DNA of 43,130 bases from Candidatus Thorarchaeota archaeon. GTDB lineage: Archaea > Asgardarchaeota > Thorarchaeia > Thorarchaeales > Thorarchaeaceae. Location of the stretch: the NCBI GenBank assembly GCA_003345595.1, contig PRDI01000007.1, positions 1 to 43,130 on the forward strand, given 5' to 3'. A model generated the notes under the pieces. The model made no database searches. It was not told the origin of the DNA and worked only from the letters and a program-made list of their open reading frames with translations. Of this stretch, positions 26,088 to 35,571 are shown one piece after another (position 1 is the first letter of the stretch; the number at the start of each line of letters is the position of its first letter). Made by a program: the position numbers and the translations under genes.

Positions 26088-28414
26088 AATCTCGGCTCGG
26101 TAGTCTTCTCTTCTCGATGTGCCGGGTACTCTAGCTTCAGCAGATGTCTTATTCTGCCGGCCGTCTTCGGTCCCACCCCCTTGACTCTCATCAGCTCGGT
26201 TTCATCTGCCGAGAACACTCTCTCCAAGTTACCGAATTCTGCCAAGATTGCTCTTGATATCACGGTATCGATGCCTGGGAATCCCGAGAGAATGTACTCA
26301 AGGGTTTCAGCATCAGTCCCCTTTGTTTCTGGCGATCGAGTACGCAGAATCTTCTTGGACTCCACCTGTTCAAGGTATGCGATTCTGTAAAGCAGATTTG
26401 CTGTTTCCTCTGCGTTCCTAGTCCAGAGGATTGGAATCCTAAGCCGTGTCGCTATGGAAGCAAGAGCCCCATATATTGACGCAGGATTCACTGCTCTCAG
26501 GCCAGTCAGTTGCTCCCCCTCGATAATCAGCACGGGCCTACGGTAAGTTGAACGCAACGCACTCAACTGCACGAACAGTCTGCCATCGATTAACGATTGG
26601 ATGAAGTCACCAGACTCCTTCCGTTCGATTGCGACCTCCTCAGAAGCTATGTAGTCACCGACCTCAAGGCTCTCGCCCGATATCACGACATCGAGTCTTG
26701 CCAGTTCGCGGGCGACAGCCGTCGGTAGTTCCCTCGAGTCAACAATTAGCTGTATGCCGCCCCTCGGTACGGCAGGTTCTCTTTCTGTATCCCCTGCTGA
26801 TTTTAATGTGGGTCCAGGCTCTCCACCGAAGTCCTCTAGGCGCATCTGCTTCTTCTCTGGTTCCTTCTCTGCGTCTTTGAGAGCCGATGGCATCTTCTTC
26901 AATTTACTAATCACACTCCAGTGGTAATACTCGTCATGTGTGGCTCTGGCCACGAATATTACGACGCGGCCAGGTGATCTTCTGCCTGTCCGGCCGCGAC
27001 GCTGAATGTATGGCACCACAGATGGAACACAATCGTAGAAAATCACGAGATTGCACTCAGGGATATCAAGCCCTTCTTCCCCAACCTGTGTAGCAACCAG
27101 TACGTTGAACTCATTGTTGCGAAAGCTATCCAAGACTTCAATCTGCTTTTTCTGACTGAAGCCCTTGTCGATTCCTCTGGACGCCTGCCCGACAAAGCGA
27201 CTAACTCTCGCACCATCGAGTTGCTCAAGCACTTCAACGACTTCAGCGGCTGTATCGCGAAAACGCGTGAACACTAGCACACGCGAGTCAAGGTTCGTCG
27301 ATAGCTGTTCGCTAATGATTTCGAGCAATGCGTCAGCCTTTGGATGTCGGTAACCCTTGGCAACAAGTGCTTGTAACAGGTTCTCGAACTGGATAAACTC
27401 AGACCTAGAAATGAGGTCCTTGACACCTTTGGAGCTTTTCTTGTTGCGAGCCTCTTCGTACATACCTTGAATGTATCTCAGAGTTGGCTCCAGACCTTGT
27501 GTACCGACAAACTCAATCAGGTGAATCACTCTTAGGGCGGCTGTCAGGTCACGTACCAACAGATACAGATAGGGTGGCGGCTTGGTGAATGACCCAATCT
27601 CCTTTCTGACCTCACTCTGGACGCGAAGAATCTCTTTCCGGCTCAGTCGTCTGTTATCTGGCAGAGAGTACCCATAGTTGACCACACGTGTTGTGTAATC
27701 ATTCAACAACGCCTGCAGTATGTCTATGAGTGCTCGAATTTCCGAAGGCAGACTAACATAGCGAATGTCTGTGGATATGGCAACCACGTAGTCACGCACA
27801 TCAGGACTGTTCTCAGTTCTTACTTCGACTCTTTTGAGCCTCAGGTTTTCGCATACTTGTCTAATGTGCTCGGGATCGTGACCCGGAGAAGCTGTCAGAC
27901 CCATAGAGAGCTGCTTCGATCCCTGCTTTTCGTACAGCTCTGCAACAAAGGTATACGCATAGTTCCCCACACCACGATGTGCTTCGTCATAGACCATCAG
28001 TGAAACGTCGTTGAGACCGTAGCTCCGTTGAATCAGATCGTTCTGGAGTGCCTGTGGCGTCATGACGATCACACGGGCTTCTGACCATACGAGCCGTCTC
28101 TGTTCCGGAGGGTCGTTACCTGTCAGGCAGATTACTTGACTCTTGTCGATATCGAGCGCCTGTTTCAGGAAGCGGGCCTGCTGATCTGCAAGAGGACGTG
28201 ATGGCGCAAGAAACAGTATCTTTGAGTCAGGATATTCAATCAACCGTCTAGCGGCTGCGAGGGCGGCAATCACAGTCTTCCCGAGACCAGTACTAAGCAC
28301 TATCATAGTGCTCTCTTTGGCAGCGACCTCTGAGAGTATGACTTGGTACTCCCTATACTCTATTGTGTCCTTCCTGATAAGCGGCATCTCAACGAAGGAA
28401 GGTCCTACTGCCAT
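26084..28414 (-). CDS. hef: Hef (FANCM/XPF-like SF2 helicase plus ERCC4 nuclease and HhH)
   Basis: REYQ, STGLGKT, DEAH, TASPG, EEGLDIP, QRRGRTGR, then VDSRE, GDY, ERK..DF and HhH motifs. Start set at ATG 28414 because the upstream ORF extension is antisense to the PRC-barrel gene. Confidence 0.95.
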   Translation of the reverse strand: MAVGPSFVEMPLIRKDTIEYREYQVILSEVAAKESTMIVLSTGLGKTVIAALAAARRLIEYPDSKILFLAPSRPLADQQARFLKQALDIDKSQVICLTGNDPPEQRRLVWSEARVIVMTPQALQNDLIQRSYGLNDVSLMVYDEAHRGVGNYAYTFVAELYEKQGSKQLSMGLTASPGHDPEHIRQVCENLRLKRVEVRTENSPDVRDYVVAISTDIRYVSLPSEIRALIDILQALLNDYTTRVVNYGYSLPDNRRLSRKEILRVQSEVRKEIGSFTKPPPYLYLLVRDLTAALRVIHLIEFVGTQGLEPTLRYIQGMYEEARNKKSSKGVKDLISRSEFIQFENLLQALVAKGYRHPKADALLEIISEQLSTNLDSRVLVFTRFRDTAAEVVEVLEQLDGARVSRFVGQASRGIDKGFSQKKQIEVLDSFRNNEFNVLVATQVGEEGLDIPECNLVIFYDCVPSVVPYIQRRGRTGRRSPGRVVIFVARATHDEYYHWSVISKLKKMPSALKDAEKEPEKKQMRLEDFGGEPGPTLKSAGDTEREPAVPRGGIQLIVDSRELPTAVARELARLDVVISGESLEVGDYIASEEVAIERKESGDFIQSLIDGRLFVQLSALRSTYRRPVLIIEGEQLTGLRAVNPASIYGALASIATRLRIPILWTRNAEETANLLYRIAYLEQVESKKILRTRSPETKGTDAETLEYILSGFPGIDTVISRAILAEFGNLERVFSADETELMRVKGVGPKTAGRIRHLLKLEYPAHREEKTTEPRF

Positions 28415-28513
28415 GCCTCTTCTCGTCCGTTTTGGCGTCTTGTCAACACACTTTGATAATACACACTGTAAAAAGCCTCCTACTTGGAATGAAGCGTAAG
28501 GAGTCAAAGCCGG

Positions 28514-28849
28514 ATGACTGCAAAAGAGCCGTTGACGAGTGTCGAGGCGGAACTGTACGAGCTCAGCATGCCTGGTCGCCTTTTGGGGAAAGAGGTTCTC
28601 GACAACCGAGCAAGGCGGATTGGTATAGTGCGTAGCATAAGAATCGGGCTCAATCCCACCCGTTCTGAGCTGATCATAAAGGGCGCAGAAGTGGAGTTTC
28701 CGGTCGATTTCGCGAAGGTTGAAGCCGTCGGCACTGTGGTGCAACTCAACTCCATGGTCAAGGATGCCGAAGAGATTGAGGTTCATGATGTGATTAGGCT
28801 TCAGAAGGAAGTACTAGATGACATCCGCAGTTACTTGGGCGGACATTAG
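28514..28849 (+). CDS. PRC-barrel domain protein
   Basis: LLGKEVLDNRARRIGIVRSIRI...FPVDFAKVEAVGTVVQL plus a C-terminal helix. Confidence 0.8.
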   Translation: MTAKEPLTSVEAELYELSMPGRLLGKEVLDNRARRIGIVRSIRIGLNPTRSELIIKGAEVEFPVDFAKVEAVGTVVQLNSMVKDAEEIEVHDVIRLQKEVLDDIRSYLGGH

Positions 28850-28902
28850 GCACTCTCGATAGGCCTCTTCGAAGACGTTAAGAGCATCAGTCGACGGACC
28901 AT

Positions 28903-29742
28903 ATGTCCGGAGCTGTTTTCATGGACCTCACAGTTGAGAGACTGGCCAAGATGATTGACCACACGGAGCTCAAGCCGGAAACGAAGCGAGAGAAGATTAA
29001 GCAACTCTGTGAGGAGGCGCTTACATATCACTTCGCAACAGTATGCATCAATCCTGTTCACGTTCAGTATGCTGCTGAGCTGCTCAAGGACTCAGATGTG
29101 AAAGTGTGTTGCGTGATTGGATTCCCGTTTGGTGCTACCATGTCCTCTGTCAAGGCATTCGAAGCCCGAGAGGCCGTGAAACTCGGAGCTCAGGAGGTAG
29201 ACATGGTGATGAACATTGGCGCTCTTCGTGACAAGAACAATGATCTTGTGAGGTCTGATATTGAAACCGTGGTCGGAGCTTCTGGGAGCGCCCACATCAA
29301 GGTCATCCTGGAAACAGGCTTTCTCACAGATGATGAAAAGAAGCAGGCCTGTGTACTCGCCAAGGAGGCGGGGGCTCACTTTGTGAAGACTTCGACAGGT
29401 TTCGGTCCTATGGGTGCGACTCCTCATGATGTGAAACTCATGCGTGAAACAGTCGGGGCTTCTATGGGTGTCAAGGCAGCAGGCGGTATCCGAACCTTCA
29501 AGGATGCTCTTCGGATGATTGAAGCCGGAGCTGATCGCCTAGGTTCAAGTTCAGGTGTTGCATTGATTGAGGACTTTCGATGGGCTCAGTACAGTGATGC
29601 ATGGACGCAGCCTGACAAACCCTGCTGGACCTGTCCGAGCCGGCAGGCCAATCTGGCGAAACAGCCGAAGGAAATCTATCTCTACTACAAACAGCGCTGC
29701 TTGACATGCCCGGATCGGGACCAGAACATCTTCAATGACTAG
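28903..29742 (+). CDS. deoC: Deoxyribose-phosphate aldolase with Cys-rich C-terminal extension
   Basis: IDHTELKP, VIGFPFG, EVDMVMN, KVILET, FVKTSTGF, VKAAGGIR, RLGSS, then CWTC...CLTC. Confidence 0.95.
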   Translation: MSGAVFMDLTVERLAKMIDHTELKPETKREKIKQLCEEALTYHFATVCINPVHVQYAAELLKDSDVKVCCVIGFPFGATMSSVKAFEAREAVKLGAQEVDMVMNIGALRDKNNDLVRSDIETVVGASGSAHIKVILETGFLTDDEKKQACVLAKEAGAHFVKTSTGFGPMGATPHDVKLMRETVGASMGVKAAGGIRTFKDALRMIEAGADRLGSSSGVALIEDFRWAQYSDAWTQPDKPCWTCPSRQANLAKQPKEIYLYYKQRCLTCPDRDQNIFND

Positions 29743-29753
29743 AGGGAAACATC

Positions 29754-31550
29754 ATGTCGAAACCATCCTCTGACCAGTACTCTGACGCTTGGATCCTGCA
29801 CGTATCTCTGAGTGACAGAACCGTCCGGAGAGAACCTTTTCCCCATAGTCTATTCACTAACTTTCTCGGTGGTCGCGGTCTCGGTGTGAAGCTCCTGTAC
29901 GACCGTCTTGCGGCTCGGCTCGATCCGTTGTCCCCGGACAATCTCTTGGTCTTTGCAGTGGGTCCCGTGACAGCCACAGCTGTTCCTACTTCAGGGCGCT
30001 TTGCAGTCATCACGAAGTCACCCCTGACGGGCACCATATTCGATTCCAATGCTGGAGGCTCATTTGGAGCACACCTGAGGCGTGCAGGATATGCAGCAAT
30101 CATGTTTGAGGGTCGCTCAAGTTCGCCCGTCTATCTCTGGCTCAATAACGATAACGCTGAGATACACGATGCTTCAAATGTGTGGGGAACTGACACGCGT
30201 CTCACGACCCGGCGACTTCTTGATGAAACTGACTCTCAAGCTCAGGTGGCCTGTATCGGTCCTGCTGGAGAAAACCGAGTCAAACTGGCGGCTATCATCA
30301 CGGATGAGCACCGGGCCGCTGGGCGGGGCGGAGTCGGTGCGGTCATGGGTTCAAAGAACCTCAAGGCTGTAGTAGTGCACGGCACGGGCAAGGCTGCGGT
30401 CAGTAATGAACAGGCACTGAATAAGGCAGTTGAGCGTGCACGTCGACTCATAAAGAAGAATGCGGTCACAGACAAGTCTCTCCCTGTCTACGGCACAGCT
30501 GTGCTGGTCAGTGTCATCAATGAACACGGAATGCTGCCCACATACAATTTCCAAGAGGGCACGTTTAATGATGCTGAAGGTGTTTCAGGAGAGAAACTGC
30601 TTGAGCGCCTGTATGTCCGTCAGTATCATTGCTACGGTTGTCCAATTGGCTGTGGACGCATCAGTCGTGTCCATGGTGAAGAAGTAGGTGGGCCCGAGTA
30701 TGAAACCATATGGGCTCTCGGTCCTCAGTGTGGCATAAACGACTTGGAATGGATTGCTGCAGCGAATCATCGATGTAATCTCTTGGGTATTGATACCATA
30801 TCCATGGGGAGCACTATTGGATGCGCAATGGAGCTGGCCCAGAAGGGCAAACTGAGTGCGCCACTGAGATTCGGTCAGACCGACGGGATCTTCGAACTCA
30901 TAGATGATGTAGCATTCGGTAGGGGGCTGGGAGCGGAACTGGGCGAGGGTTCCCGAGCAACCGCATTACGTCATGGTGCACCAGAGCTGGCGATGCAGGT
31001 CAAGGGTCTTGAGATACCAGCCTATGATCCGCGAGGTGTACAGGGCCATGCACTTGGGTATGCGACCTCCAACCGTGGCGGCTGCCATTTGAGATCCTAT
31101 CTGATCGGGCCAGAGATAATGGGCGTGCCTGTCATCGTTGACAGGGATCGGACAGAGGGTAAACCCAGTCTAGTGATCCTTTACCAGAACCTGTCGGCCT
31201 CGATGGACTCTCTGGTTCTCTGCCGGTTCACCAATTTCGCTTGGACAGTTGACGACTATGCTGACCTGCTAGCTGGTTGTACCGGGCTCCAGATTGATGG
31301 TCCTGGTTTGCTCGCACTTGGAGAACGCATCTGGAACCTGGAGCGCCTGTTCAACCTACGCGAGGGCCTGTCGTCCCGAGATGACAAGCTCCCACCACGC
31401 TTCTCGACACCACTACCCGAGGGTGGCTCACGTAACCGTGTTGTCAACCTTGAAGAGATGCTTCCGAAGTACTACGCCCTTCGGGGGTGGGACAAAGAAG
31501 GTCGGCCCACGAAAGAGAGGCTCAAGCGCTTGGGCCTTGCTAAGGTCTAG
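29754..31550 (+). CDS. aor: Tungsten aldehyde:ferredoxin oxidoreductase family enzyme
   Basis: FLGGRGLG, KSPLTG, CIGPAGEN, AAGRGGVGAVMGSKNLKA, CYGCPIGC, GPEYET, AYDPRG, RGGCH, YYALRGWD. Confidence 0.95.
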   Translation: MSKPSSDQYSDAWILHVSLSDRTVRREPFPHSLFTNFLGGRGLGVKLLYDRLAARLDPLSPDNLLVFAVGPVTATAVPTSGRFAVITKSPLTGTIFDSNAGGSFGAHLRRAGYAAIMFEGRSSSPVYLWLNNDNAEIHDASNVWGTDTRLTTRRLLDETDSQAQVACIGPAGENRVKLAAIITDEHRAAGRGGVGAVMGSKNLKAVVVHGTGKAAVSNEQALNKAVERARRLIKKNAVTDKSLPVYGTAVLVSVINEHGMLPTYNFQEGTFNDAEGVSGEKLLERLYVRQYHCYGCPIGCGRISRVHGEEVGGPEYETIWALGPQCGINDLEWIAAANHRCNLLGIDTISMGSTIGCAMELAQKGKLSAPLRFGQTDGIFELIDDVAFGRGLGAELGEGSRATALRHGAPELAMQVKGLEIPAYDPRGVQGHALGYATSNRGGCHLRSYLIGPEIMGVPVIVDRDRTEGKPSLVILYQNLSASMDSLVLCRFTNFAWTVDDYADLLAGCTGLQIDGPGLLALGERIWNLERLFNLREGLSSRDDKLPPRFSTPLPEGGSRNRVVNLEEMLPKYYALRGWDKEGRPTKERLKRLGLAKV

Positions 31551-31603
31551 ACTGGAAAGAGCTACTTCCGAAAACAGACAACAATGGAACTTCAGAATGA
31601 GGA

Positions 31604-33565
31604 TTGATGCGGCTGACAACAAGACGGGGGCGAGGAAGGAAGTTCCGAAGAGGACACGCTCCTTTCCTGACGAGAATCAGGTTCTATTGGTGTGACAAGT
31701 GTAATGTGCCTCGTATCGCCAACAGCAAATGCTCGGTCTGTGGAAGCTTGCCAAGGCCCGTTGAGTTGTCTCCTCCTGGCGATCCATTCCCGGCAATGGA
31801 TGGCCATCTCGATCAAGCGACAAGGGCTGTCAACCGGCAATTTGGAAACGGTGTGGGCGAGGTACTACTTCCACATGATAAGACGATAGTCATGAATAAG
31901 GTATCGTCCCTAGATGCCATGTACGAGGTGGTCGTGGATGGATATGTGGTAGGACGACTTAGATTCGACATTCCCAAGCTTGACTACACTTTCGTCCTGT
32001 CTCTGGAGGGCGGTAGGAGGATTGCCAGCGTCTGCAAGCAGAAGTTTGTCTCTTGTCATGAGGGGATTCTAGAGTATCTCAAGAAGGGGTCGAACTTGCT
32101 AGTCCCGGGAATTGCAGGCTGCGATATCGGCATTAATCTCGGTGATGATGTTTGGGTGACGGACCTCGAGAAACATGTGATTGCAGTTGGAGTTGCCCGC
32201 ATGACAGGACCAGAAATGAGCAAGTCAGAAAGAGGGTATGCAATCAAGATACGCGAGGTTGACGATCCACTGCAGGCGACTGTGAACTGCCAGTCGTCTT
32301 CTTGGGAGAAAGCAGTGGAGGCGAACTCCAAGGACCTCCATGCGATTGAGACAGAGGCCATCGGATTCATCAAGAACACAATTGAAGCTCATGGCGCCCA
32401 AGTGGTCGTAGGGTTCAGCGGGGGCAAGGACTCCCTCGTCACATATCTCTTGGCTGAGAAGGCTCTGAACAGGAGTCCTCCAATCTTCTTCACAGACACC
32501 GGGCTGGAACTCCCTGAGACTATCTCGTACGTGAAGGATTTTGCCCAGAGCCGTAATGTCGGAATAATCGGAAGAAGTGCAGGTGATCGGTTCTGGGGGT
32601 CCGTTGATGTCTTCGGCCCACCTGCTCGCGACTTCCGTTGGTGCTGCAAGGTATTGAAGCTTGGTCCGGCTGCCAAGTCCATATCTGATGAGTTGGGTGG
32701 AGATGCGCTGGTCTTCATGGGGCAAAGGAGGCTGGAATCCTTCCAGCGTTCTCTCGAACCAAGGGTGACCTCCAATCCTTGGGTCCCGGGGCAAGTCTCT
32801 GCGAGTCCGATTCAGAATTGGAATGCTCTTGAGGTGTGGCTCTATATATTCGGAGAGAGAGCTCAGTTCAACCCTATGTACAACAGGGGATATCACAGGA
32901 TGGGCTGCTACCTCTGTCCCGCCACTCCACTGGCTGAACTGGAGAGCCTGAAGGACACGCATCCCGTTCTCTATGAGCGATGGTATGGCAAACTGCATGA
33001 GTGGGCAAGAAGGTATGCCTATCCTGACGAGTGGGCCAAGCTTGGATTCTGGCGATGGAAGAAGCTGCCAAGTGGTCAGATGAACCTAATTGAAGAGTTG
33101 GGTCTGCAGATCAAGACAACTCGAGAGGCGCCCTCAGAAGCACTTGAGCTAAATGTCGTCAAGGGTGTATCGCCGTGCACATCTTCTGGATTCAGCATGG
33201 AAGGCCAATTCTCCTCGGGGTTGGACCTGAACAGAATTGCCAGAATCATGCCAGTCTTTGGCAAGACGCAACTGTCCGAGGAGCTGGGCGCATTGAGAAC
33301 ACAAGCCGGCGATGTCAGTATTGCCCTGTTCAGCTCGGGATCACTGGTTGTAAGAGGAGAGAGCGAAGCCGCTGTCAATCGAATCGTGAACCAGCTACAG
33401 CGAGCAATCAGGCGGGTTGTCTTCTGTCAAGCATGCGGTTCTTGTCCTCCTCAATGTGAACATGGGGCACTGGGTTTGGAAGACGGCAAGATATCGGTCG
33501 ATGAGGACAAATGCACTCGCTGCCTTAAGTGTGACAACTGGCCCTGCCCCACATATCTTGAATGA
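31604..33565 (+). CDS. PAPS-reductase-family PP-loop protein with Zn ribbon, PUA domain and C-terminal ferredoxin
   Basis: WCDKCNVP..CSVCG, PUA-like KGSNLLVPGI..DDVWV..IAVGVARM, FSGGKDS, RWCCKVLK, RMGCYLCP, CQACGSC..C, CTRCLKC..C. Confidence 0.88.
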   Translation: MMRLTTRRGRGRKFRRGHAPFLTRIRFYWCDKCNVPRIANSKCSVCGSLPRPVELSPPGDPFPAMDGHLDQATRAVNRQFGNGVGEVLLPHDKTIVMNKVSSLDAMYEVVVDGYVVGRLRFDIPKLDYTFVLSLEGGRRIASVCKQKFVSCHEGILEYLKKGSNLLVPGIAGCDIGINLGDDVWVTDLEKHVIAVGVARMTGPEMSKSERGYAIKIREVDDPLQATVNCQSSSWEKAVEANSKDLHAIETEAIGFIKNTIEAHGAQVVVGFSGGKDSLVTYLLAEKALNRSPPIFFTDTGLELPETISYVKDFAQSRNVGIIGRSAGDRFWGSVDVFGPPARDFRWCCKVLKLGPAAKSISDELGGDALVFMGQRRLESFQRSLEPRVTSNPWVPGQVSASPIQNWNALEVWLYIFGERAQFNPMYNRGYHRMGCYLCPATPLAELESLKDTHPVLYERWYGKLHEWARRYAYPDEWAKLGFWRWKKLPSGQMNLIEELGLQIKTTREAPSEALELNVVKGVSPCTSSGFSMEGQFSSGLDLNRIARIMPVFGKTQLSEELGALRTQAGDVSIALFSSGSLVVRGESEAAVNRIVNQLQRAIRRVVFCQACGSCPPQCEHGALGLEDGKISVDEDKCTRCLKCDNWPCPTYLE

Positions 33566-33766
33566 GTGCGTGCCACGTCCTTCCGACAAAGATAGGTGCG
33601 GTTTTCTTCTCTCGCTGCCATGCTTCGACTGCTTCTGCAGCAACAGGATTTGACAAAAGATTAATTACAGCGTCAATTGTGGAAACGGACCCAGTGCTTT
33701 CTAGGCAGCGGCGCACGATGGCGGTCTTCTGGAATGCTCACTGCTATCTCATACAAGATCTACGAG

Positions 33767-35080
33767 ATGCGCAAGTATCTAGTCCTCAGTCTGATTATTT
33801 CTATAGTTGCGATACCAATCGCCAACTCCTTCGTCGTTGAGCGAGATCGCAACCGGAATGAGATGTATGGTGAGGCATTCTGGATTTACGGTTTCGAAAT
33901 CTACAACATGACTGACTCTCAGCTGGCCGATGCTCTCCCTCCTGAGTGGGGTTTCAATGCTAGTCTGTATGCTCTGCCTCCCTATCTAGGCAACATCACA
34001 TACGAGTACCCAGTCTTCGGTCTCATATTCTTCGCAATCGCAGTATGGCTATACCCGGGTGTGGGTGGGCTGCAGCCTCTGTGGTTGAACTTCCTTCTTG
34101 TTCTGGTGTTCAACCTCAATCTGGTTCTAGTAGCCATCTTGTTGCGCGACAAGATCTACAAGGTGTCTTGGGCACGTTTCCTGTTCGGCGCTTACTTCGT
34201 ATATGGTCTCATAATGTCTGCTGGCGGCGGCAAGAACGAACCTATCGCCGACTGTCTCATGCTGATGGCACTCATTCTCAGGAAGGAAGGGCAGATGGGA
34301 AAGGCCATGTTCACTCTCGGCTTGGCTGTGCAGTCGAAGATATACCCTGCAGTGATCTTTCCGATTCTGTTCTTGGAAGCCCCCGTTTCTTCTGTCTGGT
34401 TCCTGATTTCCACGCTCTTGACAGTGATACCTTTTGCTTTTCTGGGGGCGAATTTCGACTCACTGATCTCGCACTTCCTTAACACCACGAGCTATTCGAG
34501 CTACATAGTCAACCCAATGTACCCGGGGCTCTTTCTGGCAACTCCTGACGTAGCTACCAACCCGGTCACATACTACATGTGGCCTCCTGCACTGGTTCCA
34601 CTGATCATCTACGTTACATTCATGACCTATACAATACCGCTGTACCTTCCATCTAGGCAGCAGTTCCAAGGCAAGTCAGTAGTCCAGAAGCTACTGGTTC
34701 TGAAGCCCTTGTATGTCTATCTCCTCCCTGCCATACTCTTTGTGTATCGCTGGGTCATGCCATGGTACCTGTTTTGGCTTGGGATTACTGTCTTCCTATT
34801 TGACGAGGACAAACAGGCCATAGGGTATCTAAAGCAGCTCACCGTGGTCGGCGTGGTCTATACATTTGGCTTGTTGTGCAATGGGCCCTATCTCCTGAGC
34901 GGCCCACTTCCCGACTTCTTGGCAAATTTCACGTCTGGCTGGTACACAATAATAGGGCTCTCTCTCATGGTTGGGCTTACTGCTTTTTCATACTTCGCGT
35001 GGAAGTGGACCTTTGAGCGCAGGGAACGGAAAGCGCGTATCATTCGGGAGGCTGAGGCGCGCGGTGAGCTTGTGATTTGA
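33767..35080 (+). CDS. Polytopic GT-C-fold glycosyltransferase (GT87/PIG-M-like)
   Basis: About 10 TM segments, early loop YEYPVFG, KNE, LAVQSKIYPAVIFP, PWYLFW. Start uncertain (ORF open from 33677). Confidence 0.68.
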   Translation: MRKYLVLSLIISIVAIPIANSFVVERDRNRNEMYGEAFWIYGFEIYNMTDSQLADALPPEWGFNASLYALPPYLGNITYEYPVFGLIFFAIAVWLYPGVGGLQPLWLNFLLVLVFNLNLVLVAILLRDKIYKVSWARFLFGAYFVYGLIMSAGGGKNEPIADCLMLMALILRKEGQMGKAMFTLGLAVQSKIYPAVIFPILFLEAPVSSVWFLISTLLTVIPFAFLGANFDSLISHFLNTTSYSSYIVNPMYPGLFLATPDVATNPVTYYMWPPALVPLIIYVTFMTYTIPLYLPSRQQFQGKSVVQKLLVLKPLYVYLLPAILFVYRWVMPWYLFWLGITVFLFDEDKQAIGYLKQLTVVGVVYTFGLLCNGPYLLSGPLPDFLANFTSGWYTIIGLSLMVGLTAFSYFAWKWTFERRERKARIIREAEARGELVI

Positions 35081-35543
35081 TCTGACGTTCGCTGCCATTG
35101 TTCCCATAGAAATCAATAATTCGCTTCCTTATCATTGTCGAGGAGTACAGCCCTCCAACGTTCCCTCTTGCGAGCCTTACGATTCTTGTGCTCAACCCAA
35201 GTTCCCTAATGCGTTTTTCAAGCCCTTCAATGTCGGTCTTCTGATCGTAGCCTAGCGCTACCACATCAGGTCTGTTGTCAATTACAATCGAAGTGTGATC
35301 ATCAGTATCGTATCCCAAGATTGCTTTGTCGACGACTTTCAAGGACTCAATCAATCGCCGTCTTTGTTCCTGGGGGAAGACCGGTGGGGCGCCTCTCTCC
35401 CTCTCAATCGTCTTGTCAAGTGCGATGACGGCAATCAATTCGCCACCTGGTCCGGCCAATGCCCTTGCCTGCTCCAGATACGCAATATGACCGAGGTGGA
35501 GAATGTCAAACTTGCCAGCCACTAGCACTTTCTTGCCGGTCAC
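35040..35543 (-). CDS. ribL: Archaeal FAD synthase (cytidylyltransferase family)
   Basis: VAGKFDILHLGH, RPDVVALGYDQ, SSTMIR. GTG 35543 preceded by GGAGG. Confidence 0.87.
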   Translation of the reverse strand: MTGKKVLVAGKFDILHLGHIAYLEQARALAGPGGELIAVIALDKTIERERGAPPVFPQEQRRRLIESLKVVDKAILGYDTDDHTSIVIDNRPDVVALGYDQKTDIEGLEKRIRELGLSTRIVRLARGNVGGLYSSTMIRKRIIDFYGNNGSERQIKSQAHRAPQPPE

Positions 35544-35571
35544 TTGCCGCTTGCCTCCGTCTAGAGCACTG

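Noticed and set aside
28415-28786. 124-aa N-terminal extension of the Hef ORF
   Set aside because: It lies antisense to the PRC-barrel gene. Hef homology begins near MAVGPSFVEMPLI.
32225-32998. 257-aa antisense ORF
   Set aside because: Shadow of the PP-loop domain gene, with no motifs.
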